The notes under the pieces were generated by a model. That model did not search any database. It was not told where the DNA came from and saw nothing but the letters and a program-made list of their open reading frames with translations. A program made the translations under genes and the position numbers. 64,000 nt of DNA from Massalongia carnosa. Lineage: Eukaryota. The stretch is taken from the NCBI GenBank assembly GCA_965645245.1, contig OZ287071.1, positions 806,001 through 870,000 on the forward strand, given 5' to 3'. This document shows positions 39,364 through 52,119 of this stretch, one piece after another; position 1 is the first letter of the stretch; the number at the start of each line of letters is the position of its first letter.

Positions 39364-39890
39364 AAACCTAGAATAGACGTAGATTTCTGCATCATCTGCC
39401 CCATAAGTAGTCCAATACATGTAGATTTACTAAAAATGGGAAGATACGATTTGGCTCAAAGGTACCTCTCGCCTGATGCTAGCTTTACTCGCAAGAAATT
39501 TACGTTGCTACCCTCCCGTCCCTGATCAGAATTCTCATGAATGCTAACGATCATCAATGCATAGTGCTAGGTATATATCTAGGTACCCAATAACATAAAT
39601 ACATGACTAGGCTATCCTCGTCCATTGCCCCTCCTGTCTTTACCTGTGTATGTATGTAAGTGGAATGGGAGAGGACAGGAAGCGTCTGTATCATATGTAA
39701 ATAGTAGGTATTGTACTGAACAAGCAACCAAAAAAAACTCCTGCGGATCATCCAATTGCTCCAGTCTTGCATGCTGTTAAGAAGTCCTGCCCCAACTTCC
39801 GAAATTGTTCGTTCGTTTCTGTAAACATGAAATGCCTAGAATCGATAGCATGTCCGTCGCCTGTTTGAAAGCTTGATCCATCCAAACCAA

Positions 39891-41961
39891 CTACCATAAA
39901 TCCGCATCAACGTCTCCCTCATGCACAATCGAATCCTGCGCGTTCGGCGGCCCGATCAACGCAACACCCCTGCGCACCGCCACATCCTTTACGTGCGAGC
40001 ATCCAAACACCGTAACCTTGGCCAGCTGCGGGCAACTCCGCAGCATACCCGCCACGATGGCCGTGTCAACGGTGGTCAAGAAAGAGACGTTAACGTCTTT
40101 GAGTCTGGGATACTGCTTCTTGCCGTCAAATACTTCGGCAAAGGCTAGGTAGGAGATATGCCGACAGGAACTGATGTCCAGGCGCTCAAGGCTGGTGCCA
40201 GAGTGGTTCATCAAAGCGAGAAAACCGGCCGAAGCGAGACCGACAGCATGCTCAGGGCCGTCGGGTTCGTTGCAGTCGATTGATCGATTGTTGTTAAGGT
40301 CTACAAAGGTTAGGGGGGGGTTAGACCAATCGGTGAAGAGCGAGGTGAAGCCTGCGTCGGTACAGAGGTCGTTCTCCGTGAAGCGGAGCTTGGAAAGATG
40401 AGTACATTTGGAGCGGATCGCAGCCAAGACGCTGTCGTTGGCGTCGATGAAGTTTTCGAGGGAGAGGGTGCGAAGGTTCGAGCCGATGGAGGTAATGAGT
40501 TCCGCAAGAACCAGAGGGGACGTCAGCAGTGGGAAACGCAGAGAAAGATGTTTGAGGTGGTTTAGGTGCCCTATGGCTTCAAGAGCTCCATCGCAGAGGC
40601 GGAAACATTTTTTCAGCTTTAGACGTTTAAGGTTGGGGCAACTATGGGCTAGGGACGTAAATGTATCATCGTCCATAGAGTAATCCAGCCAGGCTAATTT
40701 TAATGACTCGAGGCGATGTCCAGCCCGCTCGAAAAATTCAGCCCACTTTTCGTTGGAAACAAGGTTTGCAGCTTCCAATTGTAATTCTTTAAGCGGAATA
40801 TCACGCTCGAGAATATAGTCAATGACTTCGTCCTTGAACTGCCCTGCGTTCCGAAGATTGAGATTTTGAAGCGTTGAGATGATGGAGAAAATTTTGATGT
40901 AGTCTTCGACTTCGAGTTCTGTGCTCAGTTAATATAAATCCTTCAGTTAATGAAAGAGGCAGGCTTACTGCCGCAATCATAGATATCTACTGTATCGAGG
41001 TCAGGGCGAAGAAACAAGTCAACTGTTCTTGAAGTAATGACGCGCCGCTTTGATAATATTTGGCTCAATCGATTGAGCAGGGCCGGCGGGAGATCACCAA
41101 ATTCATCGACCTCGTGAATGTTATCTGCCACTTTCTGAGCAGAATTAGCATCATTTGAAAGCGACGACCGAGCTGACATACCCGAATACAGAGCTCTTGC
41201 AATGACTTGGATCCTTCTTGTACGATGCCATCAAGAAGATCACTTTGAATCTGCCGAGCTCGCCCACGGCCCGCCGCTGGCTTCTTCGGCTTCTGATCCT
41301 TTTTTCGCTGCGTCTCTTGTTCCTTGGAGCACTTGGTACATAGTAAACCCCCATCTGGACCTGTCTTGCTGTATGCCGTCACTGTGAATCGTTTGTCACA
41401 AAGCTCGCAGTTCTCAAGCTGGCCAGGCAGAGGAGCCTTTTTGGTGTACATGTCCCATGCAACGTCATCATCGTCTCCATCCGGCCCGTCGCTGTTGTGT
41501 TTCTTCTGGCGCTTGAAACTTTTACTTTGTTTGATCTTAGCTAGCTCCCGCTCTTCCTGTCGCTTTCGCTTTTTCCTGGCAGCAGCGCTTTCCTCTCGCT
41601 CGGGTTCTACTTCTTCTTCCAAAGTCTCCCCATTGACGGTGGCCTCCTGCTCCAGCTGCTGCTGAGCATCCCTACGACGACGCTCATAATCCGCAGTAAT
41701 TTGAGCCGCAGATATGTTATTTGACTACTCGTGCATTAATACATCAAACCATGACTGAGCCTGAGACATTAAGATTGTTACCGCTAAGAAGTCCGTCAAA
41801 GCAGATTGCCTATGACGATCGTGTGGTTAGTCATAACGACTTCCTTCTGAAGTCTTGATTCACATACGGGCCTCGAATTCGATTGTTTGCAGCCCGTCTT
41901 CCAGACCTGCTGTATATTAGATTCGCCACTTTGGCACCAAGGCTTGTAGGTTGACTTACAT
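39891..41961 (-). CDS. rad7: Rad7/Rhp7 leucine-rich-repeat nucleotide excision repair protein, spliced
   Basis: N-terminal IRGP/QSALTDFLA/SNNISAAQI; PGQLENCELCDKRFTVTAYS...LLCTKC; C-terminal AMN1/F-box-type LRRs; adjacent to RAD16. Confidence 0.92.
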
Positions 41962-42172
41962 ATTGAGGCTTTGTTCCTTTTAGAATGGGCCTAACAAAGT
42001 GGATGGATTTTACAACCGATACGGGTGTTTTGGAAGACACCTTCAGGAACGCTTTTGGTTGAAGGTAATTACCACGCCACATGCATACACTTTAGGCAAA
42101 AACACGCTAAAAAGTTCGCGCTCTTGGAGAACACTAAACCCGGACGGCCTCGATCTGCCTTTCGATCTGTGG

Positions 42173-42178
42173 ACGCGT
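42173..42178. promoter_or_regulatory. MCB-type element ACGCGT in the RAD7/RAD16 bidirectional promoter
   Basis: Palindromic hexamer near the middle of the 445-bp divergent intergenic region. Function is inferred only. Confidence 0.35.
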
Positions 42179-42406
42179 CTCCCGCTAAAGGATAGAGAGA
42201 AAAGTCGTGACTTTGACTGGAGTGGCAAAATTCCCTCCATCTTCGACTTCACTTTCTACCTTGCTTTCTTCTTTACCTTCTACATCTCATCCTTCATCCC
42301 GCTCTAATTCCTAAAAATCATCATAATCTAAGGCTTCATATGATACTCATCCCCTAGCGAAAAAAAATTTTCTGCTGATCTGTGTTTCATCGACGATTCA
42401 TAGACC

Positions 42407-45400
42407 ATGGCAAGGGGAAGAGCCTCAACCAATGCTAACCCCTCGACCACAGTCAACCCAACCCGTGGCCGACGTAAGTCAACAACAGCTTGAGATCTTG
42501 GTTAAAGCGGTATCGTTGACATGCTCCCTAGCGAGAAAGAACGCTCCTGCGTTTACATCACGGCAAGAAAAGGTCCTCAGCCAAGCGGAATCAGCAAACT
42601 TGGGTCTTTCACGAAGTTGTAGATCAATCGGCTTACAAGTCAAGACGGCTGATGATGTTGAACCTATTTCAGCTGGACTTGTAAGATCACACGAACATCG
42701 TCCACTGTCAAACCAATCCAAACAGAGCGGGCCATCAACGAAGATACTGAAAGAGGTCATGATCCCCCCGACTGGATTGAAGATGTCCTCAAACCGTCGC
42801 AGAGTTATTCCTGCCTCGCAGACCCCTTCATCCGATGAATCTGCGTTATCCAGTATACTGGATCAATCGATGGAATATGATACACCCGGTACCAGCATCA
42901 CCGCAACACCAGCGGAACCGCTGAGCAAAGAGGCTCTTTTGGCTGAAACATCCAGAAAGAGCGGTAGAGGTAGACCTCTAGGAAACCCACCTAAGTTTGG
43001 CCTTAGGGGTCAACAGCAGCATCAAGACTTACTGGGTGACGCTCTGCTTGCGCAAGCATTGCAGGAAGCGGAGTACAACGGAGATGAACTAAAGCAAAGT
43101 GTTTCGAAGAGGAGACGAAGAGCTCCTGTGGAGGACTCTGATGATGAAGATTTAAACCTAACTGATTTAAACACCGGGATTTCCCTCATAGATCTTCCAG
43201 CATCCAAGAGGCAAAAGACGAATAGCCGTTTGTCTCTGCCTACGAGAGCTGCCCGTGAGAGCGCCAGAAAATCAATTGCTGAGAAAAGTAACCATGAAAT
43301 CATGGACACTGATTCCGGGGAATCCAACCTTTCTGAATACGATTCTGAAGAAGGCTTGGACGACTTTGAGGGATCTGATGTCTCCGATGATCGTATCTCC
43401 GCGTTTGCTATAGCGGAAACGGACGCTATTCCACCAACAGCTACCCTACAACAAATTCGTCGAAGACCCACACGTCCCCGTAGACATCGAAACCTTCCTG
43501 CTCCTCCTGTACTGGATAGAAACTGGCAAGCTCGTTCGCGTGGTAGCATGCGGGTGAGATCGCTGACTTATCAAGCCGTGTTCAAGAACTAACATGCTGC
43601 AGGCTATTCGCGAGCGTAGAAAGCTTGAGGCTGCTCATCCAGAGATATCGACAATGTGGGATACTTTAGAAGCTGTTCCAATCATTGTCCCGAACCAGGC
43701 CAAGCAACCCGAGACTATCACCCGTAAATTAAAGTCGTTCCAGCTCGAAGGGTTAGACTGGATGATAAGACAAGAAAGTTCTCAATGGAAGGGTGGATTG
43801 TTGGGCGACGAAATGGGAATGGGCAAGACGATTCAGGCAGTTTCCCTTGTCATGTCCGACTACCCAGCCAAAGATCCCACCTTGGTCGTAGTGCCTCCGG
43901 TTGCGCTCATGCAGTGGCAGAATGAGATCAAAGAATATACTAATGGCAAACTAAAGGTGCTTGTCTATCACAATACCAACCCTAAAATTAAGACGATGAA
44001 GATGGCTGAACTCAAAGGCTATGACGTCATTATGATATCTTATTCGGGACTGGAATCCATCTATCGGAAAGAATCAAAAGGCTGGAAACGTGATGATGGG
44101 ATTGTCAAGGAAAACAGCCGTATTCATGCTATTCATTATCATCGCTTGATCCTGGATGAAGCTCACAATATCAAGACTCGCACAACAGGCGTGGCTAAGG
44201 CATGCTTTGCTCTCAAGGCTGATTATAAGTGGTGCCTTTCTGGTACTCCTGTACAGAATCGTATCGGGGAGTTCTTTTCGCTCCTACGCTTCTTGCAAAT
44301 CAAACCGTTCGCCTATTACTTTTGTAAAGCTTGTGAATGTGCCCAGCTTCATTGGTCACAGGATGCAGAAAAGAAATGTAACGGCTGCAACCACAGCGGT
44401 TTTCAGCACGTCTCCGTCTTCAATCAGGAGCTATTGAATCCCATTACCCAATCTGATGACCCTGACCTTCGCAAAGCTGCGCTTGGGAAGCTGCGCCTTG
44501 TTACTGACCGGATCATGTTGAGACGCATGAAACGGGATCATACGGCTTCCATGGAACTTCCTCCAAAGGAGGTCATTATTCATAACGAGTTTTTCGGGGA
44601 GATCGAACGAGATTTCTCTTCTAGCATCATGTCTAACACGACCCGGCAATTTGATACTTACGTCAGTCGAGGTGTGATGCTGAATAATTATGCCAATATT
44701 TTTGGTCTCATCATGCAGATGCGTCAAGTCGCCAATCATCCGGATCTGATACTGAAAAAGCATGCTCAAGGGGGACAGAACGTCTTAGTGTGTAGCATTT
44801 GCGATGAAACCGCAGAAGAGCCAATTCGCTCACGCTGCCACCACGAATTCTGCCGCAAATGTGCAAAAGACTATGTAAGGTCGTTCGAGGAAGCGACCCC
44901 TGACTGTCCTCGCTGTCATATACCTTTGGCTGTAGACTTTGACCAGCCTGACATTGAGCAAGATGAAAATCACGTAAAGAAGAATTCCATCATCAACCGC
45001 ATCAAGATGGAAGATTGGACCTCTTCCACAAAGATTGAAATGTTGGTTTACGATCTTTACAAGTTGCGAAGCCAGAAGCAAACGCACAAGTCCATCGTAT
45101 TTTCCCAATTCACCTCCATGCTGCAGCTGGTCGAGTGGCGACTCCGTCGTGCAGGCTTCAAGACAGTCATGCTGGATGGTAGCATGAGTCCCTCCCAGCG
45201 CCAGAAATCAATCGAATACTTCATGACCAACACCGATGTTGAGGTTTTCCTTGTGTCGCTTAAGGCAGGAGGCGTGGCGTTGAATCTTACTGAAGCCTCG
45301 AGGGTGTTTATCATTGACCCGTAAGTTCTGTTTGACCTTTAAGATTATCCTGTCCACTATTTAACCCATATCTAGGTGGTGGAACCCAGCTGCCGAATGG

Positions 45401-45604
45401 CAGTCCGCCGATCGCTGCCATCGTATCGGTCAGAAGCGTCCCTGCGTCATCACTCGCCTTTGCATTGAAGATTCAGTTGAGTCCCGGATGGTCATGCTGC
45501 AGGAGAAAAAAGCCAATATGATCAATGGAACCATCAACAACGATCAGGTGGCTATGGAGAGGCTTACTCCCGAGGACATGCAGTTCTTGTTCCGTGGTAG
45601 CTAG
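42407..45604 (+). CDS. rad16: Rad16/Rhp16 SNF2-family ATPase with inserted RING finger, spliced
   Basis: Motifs [34 protein letters not shown]...CHHEFCRKC...[51 protein letters not shown]. Confidence 0.96.
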
Positions 45605-45937
45605 ATTGGAATTCTTGCTGCATAGCAGGCTAAATTCCTGGCTTACTTGCTTGGTGGCGGTTAAAAGAGCTTGGTAGGGCCAGGGGGCTTTGATGCTTAT
45701 TAATTGAAAATATCATGGTTCATGCATTGTTTTACATCACTTTACGTGTTGTATTATTGACGGATGGTAAGACGAGATTGGGATCACCGGCGGTGGTTCC
45801 CCTATGCAGGCAGGCAGGTGGGTAGGACCTTGGAGAGACGGCCTGAAATACAAAGCAGTCCGGTTTTAGGCATTTTTGTGCATTGCTGCCGTTATTTATT
45901 TGAATGTATGTAGGTAGGTAGGCGTGGTAGGCACGTA

Positions 45938-47277
45938 CAGTACTAGGCCAAAAGTCTGCGGCCCCCCGCACCCCACCAACATTTCAATCATTCTATTCAA
46001 TCAATAATCAACCACGGCACGATTGCTGAAATGTCTTGAAACTTTACATAATGATTACATACATACTAAACACGAATTCCCCCAAAAATTGATTTTTAAT
46101 ATTTAGTATACCATCCTTCCGACGCTATACACGCTTTTATCCTCCTATTCATGCTCTCTATTAACCTCCTCATCATTTTCACATCTACCAACGTCTAGGC
46201 TTCTTCTAACGCTTTCCAAAGTACCTCACGAACAGTTTCATCACTGCCGCTCACCAAATCTATGTTCGGGTTGACTTGATAGACGAGCTTTTTGAGCACA
46301 TACCAAACGTGCTCGATAGGATTTAAATCAGGTGAATAGGGGGGCTAATCGATGACCTCTATGCCGTTCTCATTGAACCATTCCATCCCCTTTTTAGCCT
46401 TATGTATAGGTGCGTTATCCTGCATGAAAATGTGGCCCGGTTGCCAAATTCCAAGCAGATTATCGTTCAATAATTCCATATATGAGTTCGCCGAGTACCC
46501 CATCTTCTTCGCAGCAAAATCACGAGCCAATTTGTAAAGATCTGACCTGTCATCTCCCCAAAAAGCTGCCCAGACCATGACACTGACTCCTTTGCCTTTG
46601 GGGACAGGTTGTATCATCTCTTTATTCCATTTTTCTTTCGGCAATCTAAACACCCACTGACGCTGTTTTCCTGACCCCTTTTCCACCGAGCACTCATCTG
46701 ACCATATAACTCTTGACCACTGCTCAAAAGTCCACTCACGCCGCAGCAAGCACCAATCCAATCGTTTCTTGGCCACCTCAGGCGTCAATAAAGGTCGTTT
46801 TTTAGCCACCCAGTTGGTTAAACCATACAGTTTGAGTGCCCAATAAATAGTCGTACGACTGCAGCCGAGCCCCACTTCTAGTTTGATTTGTGCATAAGTG
46901 ATTCGTGGATTGATTCGTGCATGCTTGATGATATAACGTGGATCGCGTTCTGACAGCACTTCAGGCCGTCCAGAACGTGATTTAGACACGCCGTCGTTGC
47001 GAATTGAGTGCTTTTGAATGGTGCTCTGCACGGTCGATTTAGTGAAATTAAGAGTCTTCCCAATCTCGGTCGGTGTGTGCCCCAACGCCTGGGCCCCAAC
47101 AATCATACCACGTTGATATGGCGTCAATTCAGTGTTACGAGGCCGATTACCACTTATGGGGGTCAAAGAAGCACGAAGCATGGTGAAATGATGAGGTGGA
47201 AGATGGGGGGTTGATGAGTTGAAAACGCGAAATCACGAAAATTACGGGTTGGGCCGCAGACTTTTGGCACGGGACTG
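45938..47277 (-). mobile_element. Tc1/mariner DD34E transposon, copy 1 (1340 bp, about 27-bp imperfect TIRs, TA TSD); transposase 46096-47181 with two premature TAG stops
   Basis: Ends TA|cagtactaggccaaaagtctgcggccc ... gggccgcagacttttggcacgggactg|TA. Motifs WSDEC, MQDNAPIH, PPYSPDLNPIEHVW (D34E). Confidence 0.96.
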
Positions 47278-47310
47278 TAGGTAGCTGGCACACTAGCTTA
47301 CCTTACCTTA

Positions 47311-48649
47311 CAGTACTAACTAGGTCAAAAGTTTCTGACAACCCCCATCAACTTTTTTACCCCCCTCCACTGCTTTGAATTATCAACCACCAAGTTTTTA
47401 TTTTGATGCCTTGTAACTTCGTACGATGATTACATACATTCTAGCAAGGAATTTGGGCTGAGAAATATATTTTAATATTTCGTATACCATCCTTTCGATT
47501 GAATGCAAGCTTCAATCCTTCTTTCCATGCTCTTTATTAAACTTCTCAACATTTCCTCATCTATCAAGGCCCATGCTTCTTTCAACACTTTTCAAAGTAC
47601 CTCGCGGACCTTATCATTATCAGTCATCGACTCGATGTCCGGATTGACTTGACAAACGAGCTGTTTGAGCACATATCAAACGTGCTTGATGAGGTTTAAA
47701 TCAGAAGAATAAGCAGACCAATCGATGATTGTTATATCGTTTTCATCGAACTATTTCTCCATCTTTTTGACAGTATGAATCGGTGCATTATCCTGCATGA
47801 AAATGAGGCCCGGTTCTCAAATTTCAAGCAGATTATCGTTCAATAATTCCAAATATGAATTCGCGGAGTACCTCATCTTCTTTGCTTCGAAGTCGCGGGC
47901 CAATTTGTAAAGATCTGATCTTCCTATCCTTCAAAAAGCTCCTCATATCATGACCTTGATCTTTTTGCCTTTGGCGTACGGTTGTATCATAGGGGGTTTT
48001 TTTTCTCCTCCGGAAATCTGAACATCCATTTACGCTGTTTTCCTGACCCCTTTTCCACCGAACACTCGTCTGACCATATAATTTTTGACCATTACTCAGA
48101 AGTCGACTCACGCCGAAGCAAGCATCGTTCCAATCTCTTCTTTGCCACCTCGGGCGTCAATAAAGGTCGCTTTTTAGCCAGTCAGTTTGTTAGACCGTAG
48201 TCTTTGAGCGTCCGATAGAGAGTGGATCGACTGCATTGCACCCCGGCCTCCGTACGCAGCTGCGCATAGGTGATGCGTGGATTGATTCGTGCAAGTTTGA
48301 TGATACGTCTTCTATCGCGATCCGAAAATATTCCAGGCCGACTCGATCGCGATTTGGACTTTTCGTTGTTGCGTTCTGAGTGCTTTTGAAGAGTGTAAAT
48401 GACGGTGGTTCGAGGCACATTTAATGTCTTTGCAATTTTGGCCGGTGCATGCCCCAACGCCTGGGCTCCAATAATCATACCTCTTTGACATTGATTCAAT
48501 TCGGTGTTACGAGGCTTATTACCAGAAATTGAAGCCAACGGAGTGCGTGGCATGGTGAAATGATGAGGTCAAAGTTGATGGGTTGGAGGGGTTGAAACGC
48601 GAAATCACGAAAATCGCGGGTAGAGTCGGAAACTTTTGACACGGGATTG
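47311..48649 (-). mobile_element. Tc1/mariner DD34E transposon, copy 2 (1339 bp, TA TSD), heavily mutated
   Basis: Ends TA|cagtactaactaggtcaaaagtttctgac ... gtcggaaacttttgacacgggattg|TA. Collinear with copy 1 and contains many in-frame stops. Confidence 0.95.
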
Positions 48650-49375
48650 TACTTACCTATCAAGTAATTACTCGAACAAGAAGAAAACGAAATGAATTTA
48701 ATTTGAAACGGATAACATCGGGCCCGGTCAGGTCGCTGGTCTCCAGGGTAAGCCAATTCAATCTAATTCAATCTAAATACCTACTAGCAGCCCCTGGTCA
48801 GTTCATGGACTCGAAAACCTTTCCGCTCGAGGTATGGGGATAGGGGGATGGCTGAATGAACCAATTAGATTGACGTGATGGATGGGTTCAGGACACGATA
48901 ACTAGGTCAAGTATGGAGGTCCTCGCTCTGGGATTCAAAGAATCCCAGCAAAAGATAAGAGACAAAAACCAGTAGTAAACGAATGAGCCCATTTCTTTCC
49001 ATTATGGGATGGAGGAGAGGGGTTTCTTGGTTGATTAATTGGTAGGTTAGTTGAGCAAAATGAAAAGCTGCGGTCAATGTAGCATAACTAAACCAGCCTA
49101 AAACTAAACCAAACAAACAGAAAGGAAAGGATGAAGAAGATCGGGTTTGTAGAATCCAATCGTTAGGACCTGAAGGTATCCAGCTAGCCCTGCCTATAAC
49201 CCCCCCCCTTCTATCTGTACTCATAACATAGATCCCGGAAAAAGAGGACCCTTCGAAAAGGAGTAACCGAAATCCCTACAAACCAAATCCCTTGCTCACT
49301 TCCAAGATAGGGGGGGAAAGAAATAATCCGACAGACACAGTCATCACAATGGACTACTGGACGGCCAAACCTCCT

Positions 49376-52119
49376 TCAAGAAATTCTCCTGTAGTCTACC
49401 CAGCCCTTGGAGTTCGCCCCCTCAACCCCCTCCCAGATCGTCTCCTCCGCCTCCGCAGGCACGGGCCCAAAGGTCTCTACCTCCTCGACCTCATCCTCGT
49501 CTTCTTCCTCGATGACCTCTCCGCTACGGCGGCGCCGGCCGTTAACCGACACGCTCCGGCTAGCGCCGACGCTTGAGTCCCGGTTGCGGGATCCCCCAAG
49601 CAGCGAGGTGGAGTTGTTGTTCCCTGTGTTAAGGTTGAGCATGGGCCCACGAAAGGGGGTTTTTTTCCGCTTGGCGAAAACGAGGCCGCTGCCTGGAGTC
49701 GAGGAGGAAGCAGCAGAAAGGGGGACCGAAAAGGCGGATTCGCTGAATGGGGAGGCGCGTACTAAACGGATGTTGGAGGGGAAGGCGCTGATGGTTGGAG
49801 TCGCAGGGAGGACTTTGACGGAGGTGTGGGGAGAACGGGCAGAGCGACCTCCTCCTGTGCTGGAAGGTAAAGCAGAAGAGTGCACGCTATTGGAGTTTGA
49901 GGAGATAGAGGAGGCTTTGGAGTGTGTATGCGCATGATGGATGCTGCGGATGGAAGAAACGGAACTAGAGGTGGATTTGCGGCCTCGAAGACCTGCGGAT
50001 GACCGGCGGTACGAGGAGCGCGGGGTCAGCGGCGCGGGGGAGATAGAAAGGCGGTGGTGCTGGGGGGCTATCACTCGGGAGCGGGGAGGATAGGAAGGGT
50101 TGAATTGTTGTTTTTGAGACGAGACGGGATTGGCAGCGCGTGTGAGATCTACGTTTGTGGGGGAGCGGCGGTTTTCGCTTGGTGATTTCTCCACCGGGGG
50201 TTTTAGAGTAGAGGCGTCGCTTTTAGAACCTGGAGACTTAGCCCGCTTGGCGGATTCAAGAAACCATTGCTTTATGGATGCTAACTGGCTGATGAATGGA
50301 TGTTGATGCCTGCGGGACCGCCGTTTAGGGAAGCCGTTCGATGGTGCGGCAAGATTCTGGCTGGAGTTTAGTTGCAGAGTGCTGCCCCGTGATCTTCTTC
50401 TTTCATTGGGAGGAGGGAGCGGCTGCTGTCGCGAGGAACCCGTAGAATGAACAGGGTCCTTCTCGATAGGTGGAGGAGGAGTTGGGGACGTAGGCGAGTC
50501 GAGCGTCATGCCTTCGGGTAAGCGAGGAAGCTCAGGCAGCACAAGTTGAGCTTTATGGTTTTTAGCAAAGATTAAGGAGTCTTTTGGTGTTAAACTCACG
50601 GGTAGGTGTACTGCGCCGCTCTCGTCGCCCTCTACCTACAGACATAGGGGACGATATTTGTTCTTCATCAACTTCCCGTAATGGTAGTACAATACGCTCA
50701 AGCCTGCTGCTAGTAGAACTCTGTCTCCGAAGATTCTTTGCATCAGCCTCACGCTCTTTCCGCTTTCGTTCCCTTCTCCTTTCTTTGCGTTCTTCCTTTT
50801 CGATCAACAAGGCCCACCATCCGGCCAGGACGTCGCAACGCTGGGCCAAAACGTTCTCGATGACTCTATCAATATCAACTCCTGCGCTTCGCATTCGCTC
50901 CAAGGTCTCCTTCTCGATATGTGTTGCGAAAGGAGCTGGCTGAGTTAGTTTTAGAATAGCTTGCTGCTGAGGAGCATTTATAGCAAGAAAAGGATTCGTG
51001 AGTATATCAGCCAGGGTAGGTCGATGTAACGGTCTCTTTGACAAAAGCTGTACAATCAGAGCCTTTGCGTCTGGTGGAATTATCTCTGAGTATTTGGGTT
51101 CGCTCCCAAGAATTTTATGTTTTGTAACCATGTCATCGTCATCATCGAAAGGCAGCTCCCCTGTCAGTAGCGCAAAGAGAATGATTCCAAGGCTCCATAC
51201 GTCAACCTTCTCCCCTGCATACTTCTCCCCCTTTAACATCTCAGGTGCGCTATAGCAGACCGTTCCACAAAATGTTTGCAAGTAACTCATTTTGCCCTCG
51301 TATTCGCGAGTAAACCCAAAATCGCAGAGCTTAACATTTTCGTTCTTGTCGAGTAATATGTTTTCCAATTTGAGGTCTCGATGAACACAGGATTTGTTGT
51401 GGACGTAAGAAACAGCTCCAACTAGCTGAGTAAATATCCGTTGAACTTTCTCTTGAGGAATCGGTCCATTTCGAAGTAGGTAATTGTACAGTTCATCCCC
51501 TGGGAAATTATCAGAATATCCTATCGAGCGTCCAAAAAAATCCAAAAACCAAAAACCATACCGGGACAGTACTCCAGGACAAGCCAGACCAGATTTTCCG
51601 TCACAATGACCTCGTATAGCCGCGCGATATGGGGATGTAGAAATTGCCGATGATGATGTATTTCACGGGCAAGATTTGAATCATCCTTTTTAGCAGATTT
51701 AAGGACAACCTATTTAGCCATCAGCTTCAATATGATTCTCTTGTTAGTTTGAGAGAAATACCTTTGAGCCATTGGTGAGCCGATGAGTAGCAAGATACAC
51801 CTTCCCAAACGACCCCTTGCCTATCAAGCGCCCCAGCGTATAATTCCCAACCGTTCGCAGCTCTTTCGACGAGAACTCTCTATGAGAATCAATCAGTCTA
51901 CTTCCCCTGTAGAGCAATATGAATGGAAGCGTACTCCAATAGCTCATGATATGAATCTACAAGCTAAAATGAGAGGTTCAAGTTAGCCCAAGCCCAAGCT
52001 CGCAATGTCCAGAAAATAGTGTCAAGAGCGTGTTTGACCAGAGCGTTCGACAAAAAGATAGAGGCTCTGACCTTGGTCTTCTGAGTTTGTAGCTCGGACT
52101 TCGATCTGACAGCCGGCAT
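49376..52119 (-). CDS. Ser/Thr protein kinase (CAMK/AMPK-related, S. pombe Ppk16-like), spliced
   Basis: Motifs IGKGSFGKVY, HRDLKLEN, DFG, TFCGTVCYSAPE, DVWSLG; long Ser-rich C-terminal tail. Confidence 0.93.
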
